From a virus: a stretch of 64,000 bases of DNA. A program made the position numbers and the translations under genes. This document shows positions 8,530 through 17,782 of the stretch, in pieces (position 1 is the first letter of the stretch; each line of letters starts with the position of its first letter). The notes under the pieces are model-generated. The model was not told where the DNA came from. It saw only the letters and a program-made list of their open reading frames with translations, and ran no database searches. The stretch lies in the IMG/VR virus record IMGVR_UViG_3300031951_000126, positions 2,430 through 66,429 of that record. The stretch is one strand, 5' to 3'.

Positions 8530-9151
8530 CTTGAATAGGTGTTTGTTTTATTGTTTTATTTTGTGTTTCGTCTTCCCATCTTCTGTCACGAAGGTATCGT
8601 ACAGGGTCTTTCCAATACTTGGGTTCGCGACCCGATTTATGGTTACCCACGCCTTCTACAGCAAGTATGCGATCCTCAGCAGAGAGTTTGTTCCATACAG
8701 TTAAGGTCTGTTTCTTATCCACCTTCTTGTTGTATGCTTGCCAAAAATCCTCAAAAGAGTATTTATATGTTATTTCTTTTTTTGTATTATCTATATATGT
8801 AGTGGCGGGTTTTCGGATATCGGGTTTTCCGCTTTCCGTTAAACCGCTCTCGGTTGGCTCGTAGTAGACGATGTAATTAAATCCCCTTGACAACCCATCA
8901 TTACCAATTATACGCACCGAATGTATGTACCCTAAAAGCTCCAACTCGTCCCAAGCGCTAGATATTGAATCCTTACCATCTAGCGAGTAATCGGTCAATT
9001 TGCTTTTGTAAATAACCCAATCATGGGGGAGGGACAACAGAAATGACAATAGCCCCTTTGCTTTTAGGCTTATTGACTTGTCCCTTAAAAATTCAGTAGG
9101 AACCATCGCAAAAGGCACGTTCCTGGTTTTAACAATTTGTCCTGTATTCAT
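8510..9151 (-). CDS. replication initiator, N-terminal winged HTH (lambda O-like)
   Basis: FLRDKSISLKAKGLLSFLLSLPHDW...ELELLGYI; C-terminal FEDFWQAYNKKVDK...DPVRYL..RRWEDE. Confidence 0.85.
   Translation of the reverse strand: MNTGQIVKTRNVPFAMVPTEFLRDKSISLKAKGLLSFLLSLPHDWVIYKSKLTDYSLDGKDSISSAWDELELLGYIHSVRIIGNDGLSRGFNYIVYYEPTESGLTESGKPDIRKPATTYIDNTKKEITYKYSFEDFWQAYNKKVDKKQTLTVWNKLSAEDRILAVEGVGNHKSGREPKYWKDPVRYLRDRRWEDETQNKTIKQTPIQDDNNTW
8760..8865. repeat. putative replication origin: 15-bp-period iterons plus AT-rich tract inside the initiator gene
   Basis: Units at 8806, 8821, 8836, 8851 (CGGGTTTTCGGATAT / CGGGTTTTCCGCTTT / CCGTTAAACCGCTCT / CGGTTGGCTCGTAGT) next to AT-rich 8760-8800. Confidence 0.5.
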
Positions 9152-9156
9152 AAAAT

Positions 9157-9265
9157 AAAAAAAGCTCGCAAGAACCACTTTGCGAGCCTTTAGGTTGGTA
9201 AGAGCAATTCATTACCTTCCAACCCTCGTTTACTGTGGTTCTTTAGCAAACGAGGAGTGAAATAT
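9157..9265 (-). promoter_or_regulatory. structured attenuator-like 5' leader of the replication operon
   Basis: TATGTTTG promoter (9270-9277), hairpins 9224-9255 and 9193-9224, terminator 9164-9187 with U-run directly before the ATG. Confidence 0.7.
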
Positions 9266-9296
9266 TGGGCAAACATAAACTAACCACGCGAGGTTG

Positions 9297-9488
9297 TCAA
9301 GTGTTTTCTTCATTATTTTTTATATGCCAGGTTTCGCAATCCCAGCACATATAGACTTTTTGGTCGTAATCACAATGAGACTCAGCCTCTTTGCGAGTTT
9401 TATAGGTCCGCTTTCCGCAGCCATAAATAGAGTTCTTCATCATGAACCAAATGCAAAATATTGTAAGTACGATAGAAACGATAAACAT
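9297..9488 (-). CDS. small zinc-ribbon protein
   Basis: CGKRTYKTRKEA...YMCWDCETWH; hydrophobic N-terminus. Confidence 0.55.
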   Translation of the reverse strand: MFIVSIVLTIFCIWFMMKNSIYGCGKRTYKTRKEAESHCDYDQKVYMCWDCETWHIKNNEENT

Positions 9489-9552
9489 AGCGCAAATTTA
9501 CACTGTTTAATCTTATTTCCAAGCAAGAACTTGACACAGTGTTGTTTTTCTG

Positions 9553-9560
9553 TATATTTG
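9553..9560 (+). promoter_or_regulatory. Bacteroidota sigma70 -7 element (TAnnTTTG) opening the packaging/morphogenesis operon
   Basis: TATATTTG just before ATG 9565. Same element at 4032, 4465, 4560, 6542, 9493, 14247, 29096, 42532, 43016, 54514, 57476 and 59713. Confidence 0.7.
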
Positions 9561-9564
9561 CAGC

Positions 9565-9786
9565 ATGACAAACTTGAGACCACCAGACGGAAAAATATTT
9601 GTTGACGTTCTTGAAAAAGAAAAGGGCAACGTAACAGCTGTAATTACCCACGTTGGAAAAGAGGTAGATGAAGAAATAGCGATCGGTAAAAAAGTTTCGC
9701 TTGCCAAACTTCCAGACATGGTTGAATTGCAGGGAGTTGAAATGTATTCAATCCACTCATCATACGTACAGTTTATTTATGAATAA
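9565..9786 (+). CDS. GroES-like co-chaperonin (short mobile loop)
   Basis: LRPPDGKIFV...AVITHVG..V.EEIAIGKKV...VELQG.EM..I. Confidence 0.65.
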   Translation: MTNLRPPDGKIFVDVLEKEKGNVTAVITHVGKEVDEEIAIGKKVSLAKLPDMVELQGVEMYSIHSSYVQFIYE

Positions 9787-10081
9787 GGTAGACAACTGGA
9801 AAAGGGCGATATCTATTATCAATACAATGATTGATGAGAAGATTGAGATTTACGAGGTGATGAAGATTTTCACCCCAATGGCATCTTCTGCTCGTAGAAA
9901 TCTTTTGTATTGCAATCCAAGCATCAGTTCTGATGATTTGGATCAGGTTGAAAAGGCCATTTCGAGATACAAGAATACGTTGGAAGAAATAGGAAAAACA
10001 CAAGTTGAGACTCGCATTAAGCGATCAACTTATTTTCAAAAACTGAAAGAGCATTATGATAAGGACAAAGACAAAAAATAA
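9779..10081 (+). CDS. hypothetical protein
   Basis: Start reassigned to MNKVDNW; operon coupling. Confidence 0.6.
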   Translation: MNKVDNWKRAISIINTMIDEKIEIYEVMKIFTPMASSARRNLLYCNPSISSDDLDQVEKAISRYKNTLEEIGKTQVETRIKRSTYFQKLKEHYDKDKDKK

Positions 10082-10307
10082 TTACCATAAGATCATTGAG
10101 GTTTATCAATACTACATAGACCGCGAGAACGTGGATATGAAAGATGTTGAGCGATTGATGAGTAATTGGGACGCAATAAATTTATTTGGCACATATTCAT
10201 CACTCAGACGAGGCGTGAATAAGATAAAAAAGAAGATGCCAGTAGGTAAAAAGAATTTTGATACACAAAAAGCCCTATTTGACATTTATAAAAAATCAAC
10301 AAAATGA
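10056..10307 (+). CDS. hypothetical protein
   Basis: 83-aa ORF overlapping its neighbours. Confidence 0.6.
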   Translation: MIRTKTKNNYHKIIEVYQYYIDRENVDMKDVERLMSNWDAINLFGTYSSLRRGVNKIKKKMPVGKKNFDTQKALFDIYKKSTK

Positions 10308-11107
10308 ATTTTAACGGTATAGATGTAAACACCATAAGGTTGATAAATGGAGAGTGCCTGGTTCAAATCCATTCTATGACTGAAGACGAGATAGATTTTA
10401 ACGGAGGCAAACTAAAGCTGGTTCATTCCCTGAAGTCTGAAACTGGGGATTTCAATCCTAATGAAATTAGAAGTCTTGTTGACTCAATGAAAAAAAGCCA
10501 TTACAAGGATAAGGAGGCTAAGAAAAAGTACATGGAACTGTATGGGAAGCAAATACAGGAGGCGGATGATAAGAAGGAGGACCACAGGATGAAGCAGGCC
10601 GTTAGAAGGGGTGTTATTGTAAGGCTTCCAGAAAAAGATCCCAATAACGGTGGATGGGATTTTAACTGCGAGTTTGATGGGGTTGTTGGTGATGAGGTTT
10701 GGTTTGACTCTATGTCCACAAGGGAGAAAATAGAAAGCGGAGAAGGAGGTATTGTGATCGGAGACAAAACCTACATAAGTGTACCGACCAGAACAGTCCT
10801 TGCCGCAAAGCGTGGTGATGAAATAATTGGTCTTAATGGGTACATAATTGGGAGAAGGTTGTCAAACGACATAAAGTTTGGTTCCATATACCTGCCAGAT
10901 TCTAATATAGCCAGGGTGGAAGTTGTATCGCCTCCACAAAGAAATCCATCTTATACTAACAAGATATTGTGGACTAACACTTCTGTAAAGAAGGGGGATA
11001 TTGTGTGTTTAAATAAGAATCACGCAATAAAGTTGGATTCTACCATGGCTGAATCAACTGACTTGGTTAGGTTTCAGTCAAGGGTAATACTTGCATTTGA
11101 AGAATGA
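10304..11107 (+). CDS. tandem GroES-like domain protein
   Basis: RGVIVRLP...VVGDEVWF and LNGYIIG...GSIYLPD...VKKGDIV. Confidence 0.6.
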   Translation: MNFNGIDVNTIRLINGECLVQIHSMTEDEIDFNGGKLKLVHSLKSETGDFNPNEIRSLVDSMKKSHYKDKEAKKKYMELYGKQIQEADDKKEDHRMKQAVRRGVIVRLPEKDPNNGGWDFNCEFDGVVGDEVWFDSMSTREKIESGEGGIVIGDKTYISVPTRTVLAAKRGDEIIGLNGYIIGRRLSNDIKFGSIYLPDSNIARVEVVSPPQRNPSYTNKILWTNTSVKKGDIVCLNKNHAIKLDSTMAESTDLVRFQSRVILAFEE

Positions 11108-11757
11108 TAAAACTGGACTTTAGTAAAATATCGTACAACATTGAAGGCATCCCAGATGACGAGTCGGTAATATACCGTTTCTCGGACTTGGCCAGTCAAG
11201 CCCATATTCTCGATAGGTCAGATGATCTTCCAGAAGGGGTTAGCGCCGACAAGGTTGTTCGATATCTCATATATATGTTCGCTCCAGGTACTCCCGTTAA
11301 GGATGCGTATCCGGACATCAACCAGCGCAAACGATATACTCTGAACAAGCTGAACATCATGGTTGATGACACGGATCCAGACAACGGGTACGCCCAGCTC
11401 TGCATGATGAATGTAGACTGGGCGGTGGAGCGTTACATCACGTTCACGCGCCTACAGTGTTCGGAGGATTACTCGATTATGAGTACCGCCGACATCCGAA
11501 TAGCCGCCCTGCAACGTGCACTCTTGACTCAGCCTGTGGACAGGTCTAATGATGACAAGAACTTCCAGGCAGGTCTTGAGAGCTGGAGACAGACCCTTGT
11601 GGATGCCCGTAGCAGGATAATGAACGACGAGGTTAGCATCACGCTACAGAAAGCAATTACCTTCTCTGTACGCGCTGAGAACCTCGGTATTCAACCCGAA
11701 CACTATGCGCGGGTATGGCGTGAGAAGAAAGAAATATTCCCGGAGGTAATACCATGA
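11104..11757 (+). CDS. putative terminase small subunit / packaging-associated protein
   Basis: Helical protein immediately upstream of and overlapping TerL. Confidence 0.45.
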   Translation: MIKLDFSKISYNIEGIPDDESVIYRFSDLASQAHILDRSDDLPEGVSADKVVRYLIYMFAPGTPVKDAYPDINQRKRYTLNKLNIMVDDTDPDNGYAQLCMMNVDWAVERYITFTRLQCSEDYSIMSTADIRIAALQRALLTQPVDRSNDDKNFQAGLESWRQTLVDARSRIMNDEVSITLQKAITFSVRAENLGIQPEHYARVWREKKEIFPEVIP

Positions 11758-14216
11758 AGTACGAATACGACGAGGAGGATAAGTACGTTACGTTCCACGA
11801 GGACGACGATGAGTTGGACACGATCAGGATTCCGCTGCCGCGTCTTGAGGAGTGGTATTCCCACCATTTAAAGAGAGAGGTTACAAGGGAAGAGGCTTTT
11901 ACATATGTTGACGGGTATGGAATCGCCCCAAAAGAGCAAAAGTTCCAGTACCAAGAGGTCCCTGAGAAGATAAAGTTAATCTACGAGGTTGTGTTCAATA
12001 AGAAGCACGCTACCAACAAGTCCAAGTATAAGGAGGTTGGAGACGTCCGTCTTGAGGACATCTACGAGGAGGTAGAGTCTAATCAGAAGTATTATGCGAT
12101 GGAGATTGAATGGATCAAGCTCCAAATCAAGCGCAGATATGTTGGGTACTGGTGTTTCATTAAAGGGAAACCTACCTACATCAATGGAGCAAACTATTTC
12201 TTTCTGAACTTCTGGACTGTAAAGAATTTTGGTAAAAACAATAACCGTCCAGACTACAGAGATTACCAGCGCAAGATGTTCCACCTGTTCATGTATGCGT
12301 ACAGCACAGAGGATGCATTCTACAAGCACAAGATTATATATCGCGAAGATGGTGTTGTGAAAACAAAGTATTCAAACCAAGACGTCAAGAACGTAGTGGA
12401 CGAAATGAACGAAATGGGAGTTGAGTATTTTGTAGAACCAAACATAAACATCACAGTAAAGAAGGGAAAGCGAACGGTTCACGGAATCAACTTTGTTTCT
12501 GGACGACGTATCGCAAAGACAGCTATTGCTTGTTGCTTCTGCACATGGGGTACACTCAATATGCCCGACCAGACCTTTATCATCCAGGCGATGAACGAGG
12601 ATCAGGCAGTCAACAAGATATTCATCAAACAAATTCAAACACCTGTAAGCAAACTTCCTTTCTTTTTCCGCCCCTATTACAGAGGCCGTATAGAAGCAAA
12701 GGAGGGTTTGCGATTCCAGTATGAAGGAGCAATCGCATCAGCAGCAAGAGCGGGAATCGTCCCCGAACAAATGGAGTGCTTTATCACGCCGTTGCCTTCG
12801 ACGGAGAAAGCGGCGGACGGTGAGGCGGAAATCGCATTTGTTTATCGTGACGAGCCGGCGAAGAAGACGGATGCGAAAGCGGCGGACCAAAACATCCCGA
12901 CGTGGTGGTATAACACGATGAAGCCAGCGATTGAACGCGGGGAGAACATACGAGGGTTCTGCATCATGCCTTCTACAGTGGGTGACATGGACACAGGGGG
13001 TGGAGCGCAGTTCTTTGATATTGCCAATGACTCGCACTTCTCTGACCGCAACGAGAACGGTACAACTCCATCTGGACTCATCAACTTCTTCCTGCCCGGT
13101 TACTACGCGGTAGAAGGATACATCGACGAGTACGGGGCGAGCATTATTGATGATCCAAAGGAACCTGTGATGTCCAACGAGGGCAAGTGGATTACCAAGG
13201 GAGCTAAGTCTTACTTGTTAAACCAGGCGGACTATTTCGAGCGCAAGCGTGAGTGGCAGAAGCTAATTAAGTTACAGCAGAACTTCCCAATGAGCTGGAA
13301 GCAAGCCTTCGCCGTGATTCCCAAGGATATGGGTATGCCTATCGAAAAGATGCGTGACCGCATATCTGAACTCAAGTTTTCACGCACTCCAATCACCACG
13401 AATATCAACTTCAAGTGGATGGGGGACAAGTTTGGTGGAGATGTATTTGTGGATAATGATCCAAAGGGAAGTTGGACTATGAGCTATTTGCCCCCGCACG
13501 AACAGCGTAACAGAAAAACTGTTGTTACCCCAGAGGAGGGATACATCCCGCCAAAAGCACGTGGACCGATATATGCTCCAGATCCATCGGTAATGAATAA
13601 GTTTTTCCTCTGTTGTGACCCCGTTAAATTCCACAAGCGAAACACTGTTGGTAAGAAGAAGTCTAACGCAGCCGCAGCGGTTTTCTATAAGCGAGACAGT
13701 CAGGTAGATCCAGATAACAAGCCTAGAAACGAATGGGTGAGTAATGACTGGATTTTGATTTATAACAGACAAACTGAAGATAAGGCCGAGTATCACGAGG
13801 AGTGGTTAAAGGCTGCCGTTTTTCTTGGTGCATACGTATACCCAGAATGGCCTGACGGAGAGGCTTTAGTTGAGTACTTTAGGGATAATGGATTTGATGG
13901 ATACCTTCTCAAGGATATAGGATCAGATGGCAAACAGGATAATAGGCCGGGTGTTTGGGCGGGCGAGGCAGAGAAAAATGAAATGGCTGGAGACATCATG
14001 ACATTCTTCAATAACAATGTTAAGTATGTGAAAATGTGGGAGATAGTTGAGGAGTGGAGTCAGATGAGGGGTATAGATGACTTGACAAACCATGACTTGT
14101 GCGCCGCAACCGGTTGGTGCATGAGGGCCATAAAAAGCAGAATGCCAGATCTTTACAAGGAGGTTTATCAACCCATAGATATAAAGGGAAGTTTTACAAT
14201 GTTTGATGTAGAATGA
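11754..14216 (+). CDS. terL: terminase large subunit (crAss-like)
   Basis: YINGANYFFLN, PDYRDYQR, Walker A-like GRRIAKT, Walker B VYRDE, nuclease CCDPV and HD. Confidence 0.9.
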   Translation: MKYEYDEEDKYVTFHEDDDELDTIRIPLPRLEEWYSHHLKREVTREEAFTYVDGYGIAPKEQKFQYQEVPEKIKLIYEVVFNKKHATNKSKYKEVGDVRLEDIYEEVESNQKYYAMEIEWIKLQIKRRYVGYWCFIKGKPTYINGANYFFLNFWTVKNFGKNNNRPDYRDYQRKMFHLFMYAYSTEDAFYKHKIIYREDGVVKTKYSNQDVKNVVDEMNEMGVEYFVEPNINITVKKGKRTVHGINFVSGRRIAKTAIACCFCTWGTLNMPDQTFIIQAMNEDQAVNKIFIKQIQTPVSKLPFFFRPYYRGRIEAKEGLRFQYEGAIASAARAGIVPEQMECFITPLPSTEKAADGEAEIAFVYRDEPAKKTDAKAADQNIPTWWYNTMKPAIERGENIRGFCIMPSTVGDMDTGGGAQFFDIANDSHFSDRNENGTTPSGLINFFLPGYYAVEGYIDEYGASIIDDPKEPVMSNEGKWITKGAKSYLLNQADYFERKREWQKLIKLQQNFPMSWKQAFAVIPKDMGMPIEKMRDRISELKFSRTPITTNINFKWMGDKFGGDVFVDNDPKGSWTMSYLPPHEQRNRKTVVTPEEGYIPPKARGPIYAPDPSVMNKFFLCCDPVKFHKRNTVGKKKSNAAAAVFYKRDSQVDPDNKPRNEWVSNDWILIYNRQTEDKAEYHEEWLKAAVFLGAYVYPEWPDGEALVEYFRDNGFDGYLLKDIGSDGKQDNRPGVWAGEAEKNEMAGDIMTFFNNNVKYVKMWEIVEEWSQMRGIDDLTNHDLCAATGWCMRAIKSRMPDLYKEVYQPIDIKGSFTMFDVE

Positions 14217-14279
14217 TTGTTTTCAACTATTTAATAAAAAATTTACTACATTTGTCGTGGTTAACTAAATTCGTAAAAT

Positions 14280-16679
14280 ATGATATTGCCCCAATTAGCT
14301 GGTGGGATGTTGTTTCCTAATGACAACGTACCAGAAGTTGACAAGTTAAAGCCTGATTTTGGATTGCGATGTGCGAGAGCGCTTTATTCACGTTATTGTA
14401 GTGGCGGAACTTATTTTACTTATAGCCAACTTCCTGATATGCAGGAGACAAGAAATTATGGCGCCGGGATGCAGTCAAGTGACAAGTACAAAAACTGGTT
14501 TACTAACGGATCTCCAACCGGCCCTAAAAGCGTGAACTCAGCGGCTGATACTGGAGGCACAAGGGGAGGTATGACTAAGGCTCAGAGAAAAGCAATGGCT
14601 AACATTAGCTATGACATTTTCTCTCCAATGCGAAAACTATCGAATGTTCTTTTATCAATTCTTGCAGATAACGATTATAAACTTGACTGTGTTTCTCTTG
14701 ATAAAAATATCATCAATAAAAAGAAGCGCAACAAGTATGATATCTACGCTAAAGCGAATTTTACGAATCCGCTGATGAAAGAGCTTGGGCTTCCTGAGTT
14801 CAAGTTGCCATTTGTCCCTAAGGACGAGACCATGCTAGAGATGGCAGAACGTCTTGGTTTTTTTAAAACTAAGTATGAGGTTGCCTTGGAGAAACTTGCT
14901 GAGTCAGGTTTCAGGGCGTCAAATTGGGCTGGAGAGCGCATGGAGTTTAACCGTGATGCTATTGACTTCCACTTTAGAATTGCTAAACTCTATAACGATT
15001 CAATTACAGGACAGGTTAAGTTTCATTATGTAGACCCTGCTCGCACGGTTATGCTTTGGAATGAAGACAACCAAGATGAGCCTGTTGCAATTGGTCACAT
15101 TCAAGTTGAGACGATTCAATCAATATACAGTGAACTAAAAGAAGCTGGCTTTGGAGATGAAGAAATCCAATCGATGGCTAAATCTTACGTTCCATATCAA
15201 TTGAATGTATCAAACATTCCGCAGTGGGCATTTGAAAGAAAGGACGCAACAACTAACCGTTGGGTGTGGATGGACTTCAAGGTTTACGTATTGAAGTTTG
15301 AGTATCTTTCTACTGACTATAAGCAGTATGTAGAAAGAACAAACAAGCAGGGTTACACTAGCTATCTACGAAACAATAAGCCCGTAGAGGACAAGAAAAA
15401 GAATCCAAATGACACTTATGAAGAGGTGTCTTGTAACTACTGGTACGAGGGTTCTTATATTATTTCAGGTACGGGTCAAGACCGCATTTATGGATGGAAA
15501 AAGAAACCTAACCAGATGCAGAAGGGTCTTTCTCCAATGAGTTCTTACGTTGTTCACAGAATCAATGGGCAGTCCCCCACACGTAGCGTGAAAGGATTGC
15601 TTGATGATTTGATGTTTGCTGTACTAAAATTACGAGCAGCTGTATGGGCTGCTGCTCCAAAGGGATATAGAATTGATGTCGGTGAGGCCGCTAACATCAA
15701 GATTGGGGGTGTAGAGTACGATCTATTCGATCTCATGCACGTCCACCGTCAGAACGGTATTCAGATTGTCGCAACTAAGTTTAATGCGGCTACCGGTAAG
15801 TACGTTTCTCAACCACTTACCGAAATGGACAATGGTCTTGGCCCTCAGGGTCAGGAGTGGCTTTCTCAGATTGCCAACATCCAGATGATGATTAAGGATT
15901 TGATGGGTATTCCTGATGCAATGGCCGCAAGTCCCGATCAGTCAGCAGAGCGATTGGTTGGGGTAATGGAAGCTGATTACGTTGCCGGAAATCACGCCAA
16001 CTGGCCTCTTCGAGAGTCAGAGCGTCAATTTAAACAGAAACTTGGTGAAAGAATTATACACCAGGCGCGTATAGATATTGAATTTGACCCAAAGGTAAGA
16101 GAGTTCTACGAAAGTATTATTGGAGAGACCATGGTAAACGCCCTTGACGATATTGAGGGTCTGTCATTGGATCAGCTCGCTATATCATGCAAGGTTCTTC
16201 CAAATGAGAAAGAAAAGAGCGCCATCCTCCAACGCGCCATGCAGATGTCTCAGATGCCAACCAAAGACGGCGCTGTACTTCTTAGCCCTTCAAGCGTAGA
16301 GCGTGTGGCTCAAATGCTGAAGAACGGCGATGTAGATGAGGCGCTATGGTTTATGGCAGCTGAAGAGACAGAAGCTCGCCAGCGTGAGGAACAACACGCT
16401 CAGATGATGCTCCAACAGACAATACAAGGTCAGCAGCAGTCAGCCATGATGACCGAGCAAGCCAAGCGTGAAACCGCGATGCAGCTTGCTCAGATTGAAA
16501 TCATGAAGCAGCGCGAGATGGCTAACATGGAACTTATGAAGGAACAGCAGCTTGCTAAGATTAAGGCTGACTCAAACTATCAAGTTCAACTTCTCAAGGG
16601 TCAGCAAGCGCTACAAGAGATACAACTCGAAGCACAACTAGAGTCAGAATTAGGAAACGAAATCACAGGTAGAGTATAA
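14280..16679 (+). CDS. portal protein
   Basis: 799 aa after TerL; YVDPA motif, Q/E-rich coiled-coil C-terminus. Confidence 0.85.
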   Translation: MILPQLAGGMLFPNDNVPEVDKLKPDFGLRCARALYSRYCSGGTYFTYSQLPDMQETRNYGAGMQSSDKYKNWFTNGSPTGPKSVNSAADTGGTRGGMTKAQRKAMANISYDIFSPMRKLSNVLLSILADNDYKLDCVSLDKNIINKKKRNKYDIYAKANFTNPLMKELGLPEFKLPFVPKDETMLEMAERLGFFKTKYEVALEKLAESGFRASNWAGERMEFNRDAIDFHFRIAKLYNDSITGQVKFHYVDPARTVMLWNEDNQDEPVAIGHIQVETIQSIYSELKEAGFGDEEIQSMAKSYVPYQLNVSNIPQWAFERKDATTNRWVWMDFKVYVLKFEYLSTDYKQYVERTNKQGYTSYLRNNKPVEDKKKNPNDTYEEVSCNYWYEGSYIISGTGQDRIYGWKKKPNQMQKGLSPMSSYVVHRINGQSPTRSVKGLLDDLMFAVLKLRAAVWAAAPKGYRIDVGEAANIKIGGVEYDLFDLMHVHRQNGIQIVATKFNAATGKYVSQPLTEMDNGLGPQGQEWLSQIANIQMMIKDLMGIPDAMAASPDQSAERLVGVMEADYVAGNHANWPLRESERQFKQKLGERIIHQARIDIEFDPKVREFYESIIGETMVNALDDIEGLSLDQLAISCKVLPNEKEKSAILQRAMQMSQMPTKDGAVLLSPSSVERVAQMLKNGDVDEALWFMAAEETEARQREEQHAQMMLQQTIQGQQQSAMMTEQAKRETAMQLAQIEIMKQREMANMELMKEQQLAKIKADSNYQVQLLKGQQALQEIQLEAQLESELGNEITGRV

Positions 16680-16684
16680 AACAT

Positions 16685-17758
16685 ATGGAAACGAACGAAT
16701 TAGAAAATCAAAACGAACAAGTGAACGATCAAGTAAACGATCAAGTAGCAGAACAAGTAAACGAACAAGTTAACGAAGAGGTTAACCCGGTAGATTCGCC
16801 GTGGTTTTCCGCTTACGGGTACGACAGCGAAGACTCATTTAAGACCGAGTTCGAACAACTCCGTTCTTATAAAGGTTTAGCACAGGAGTTGGCTGAAAAG
16901 CAGAAAGATATTGAAGAGGGAATTGCTTTGCTCCAAGAAGCGGACGATCCGTTTGGTGGTATTGAGGAGGCTAAGACAATGGTAGCTTTTGGCAAGAAGG
17001 GAATTAATTCCACAATTGCCAATCAAATTGTATCTTCTACAGCGGACAGTTTGATGGAAGATCCTCTCAAGGCCTTGGTGCTTGCTGAGGCTGTAAAGAA
17101 CCCAGATAAATTCAAGCGTCTTGGCCAATCGACTATCGAGGAAGCCATTCGTGAAAAATATAACTTAGGTGAAGGTGAGTATTACGCTACAGCCCTTTTA
17201 AAGTCTGATGCAATCGACGCGATCGAAATGCTTGAAAAGACTAAAAAAGATGTTGAAACTGTTAAAAATCCCTTTACCTTTGCAAAAGAGCTAAAGAGCC
17301 AAAATCAAAAACAGATTGCGGAAAGACAGACATTAGCATTTAGCGAGGCAGAGTCCTATGCTAAACAGCTAAAGGAGGTCCCCTACAAATTCGGCGATAC
17401 GGAAGTTTCGTTAAAAGTTTCAAACGAAGAGGTCGAATCGATTTTGAAGTCGCAGTATGCAGGTTATTTAGGTCAAGCCTTTGATACTACCACAAAGGAA
17501 GGTAAACAAGCGGTACGTGACTGGTTAGCGAACCAGGTCCTCATTCATAAGGTTCAGTCTGGGGATCTAGGAGTTCAAATAGCCAAATCACTGACGGCTC
17601 AAACCGAAAAAAAGGTGGTACGCGATGTCTACAACGGTCAACCTAAAACGGTTAACCGAGCAGGCAAAAATTCTGTTGATAGCAGGGATTTAACTCCAGC
17701 GCAAAAAGATCTAATCGCTAGAGGACTTCCATTGCCATCACAGACAATAAAATCATAA
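16685..17758 (+). CDS. capsid scaffolding protein (putative)
   Basis: Acidic helical protein between portal and capsid; N-terminal (E/D)QVN 12-nt tandem repeats. Confidence 0.7.
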   Translation: METNELENQNEQVNDQVNDQVAEQVNEQVNEEVNPVDSPWFSAYGYDSEDSFKTEFEQLRSYKGLAQELAEKQKDIEEGIALLQEADDPFGGIEEAKTMVAFGKKGINSTIANQIVSSTADSLMEDPLKALVLAEAVKNPDKFKRLGQSTIEEAIREKYNLGEGEYYATALLKSDAIDAIEMLEKTKKDVETVKNPFTFAKELKSQNQKQIAERQTLAFSEAESYAKQLKEVPYKFGDTEVSLKVSNEEVESILKSQYAGYLGQAFDTTTKEGKQAVRDWLANQVLIHKVQSGDLGVQIAKSLTAQTEKKVVRDVYNGQPKTVNRAGKNSVDSRDLTPAQKDLIARGLPLPSQTIKS

Positions 17759-17782
17759 TAACTATTAAAAAAGCTAAATAAA

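Noticed and set aside
16712-16786. 12-nt tandem repeat as a regulatory or CRISPR-like array
   Set aside because: In-frame (E/D)QVN coding repeat in the low-complexity N-terminus of the scaffold protein.
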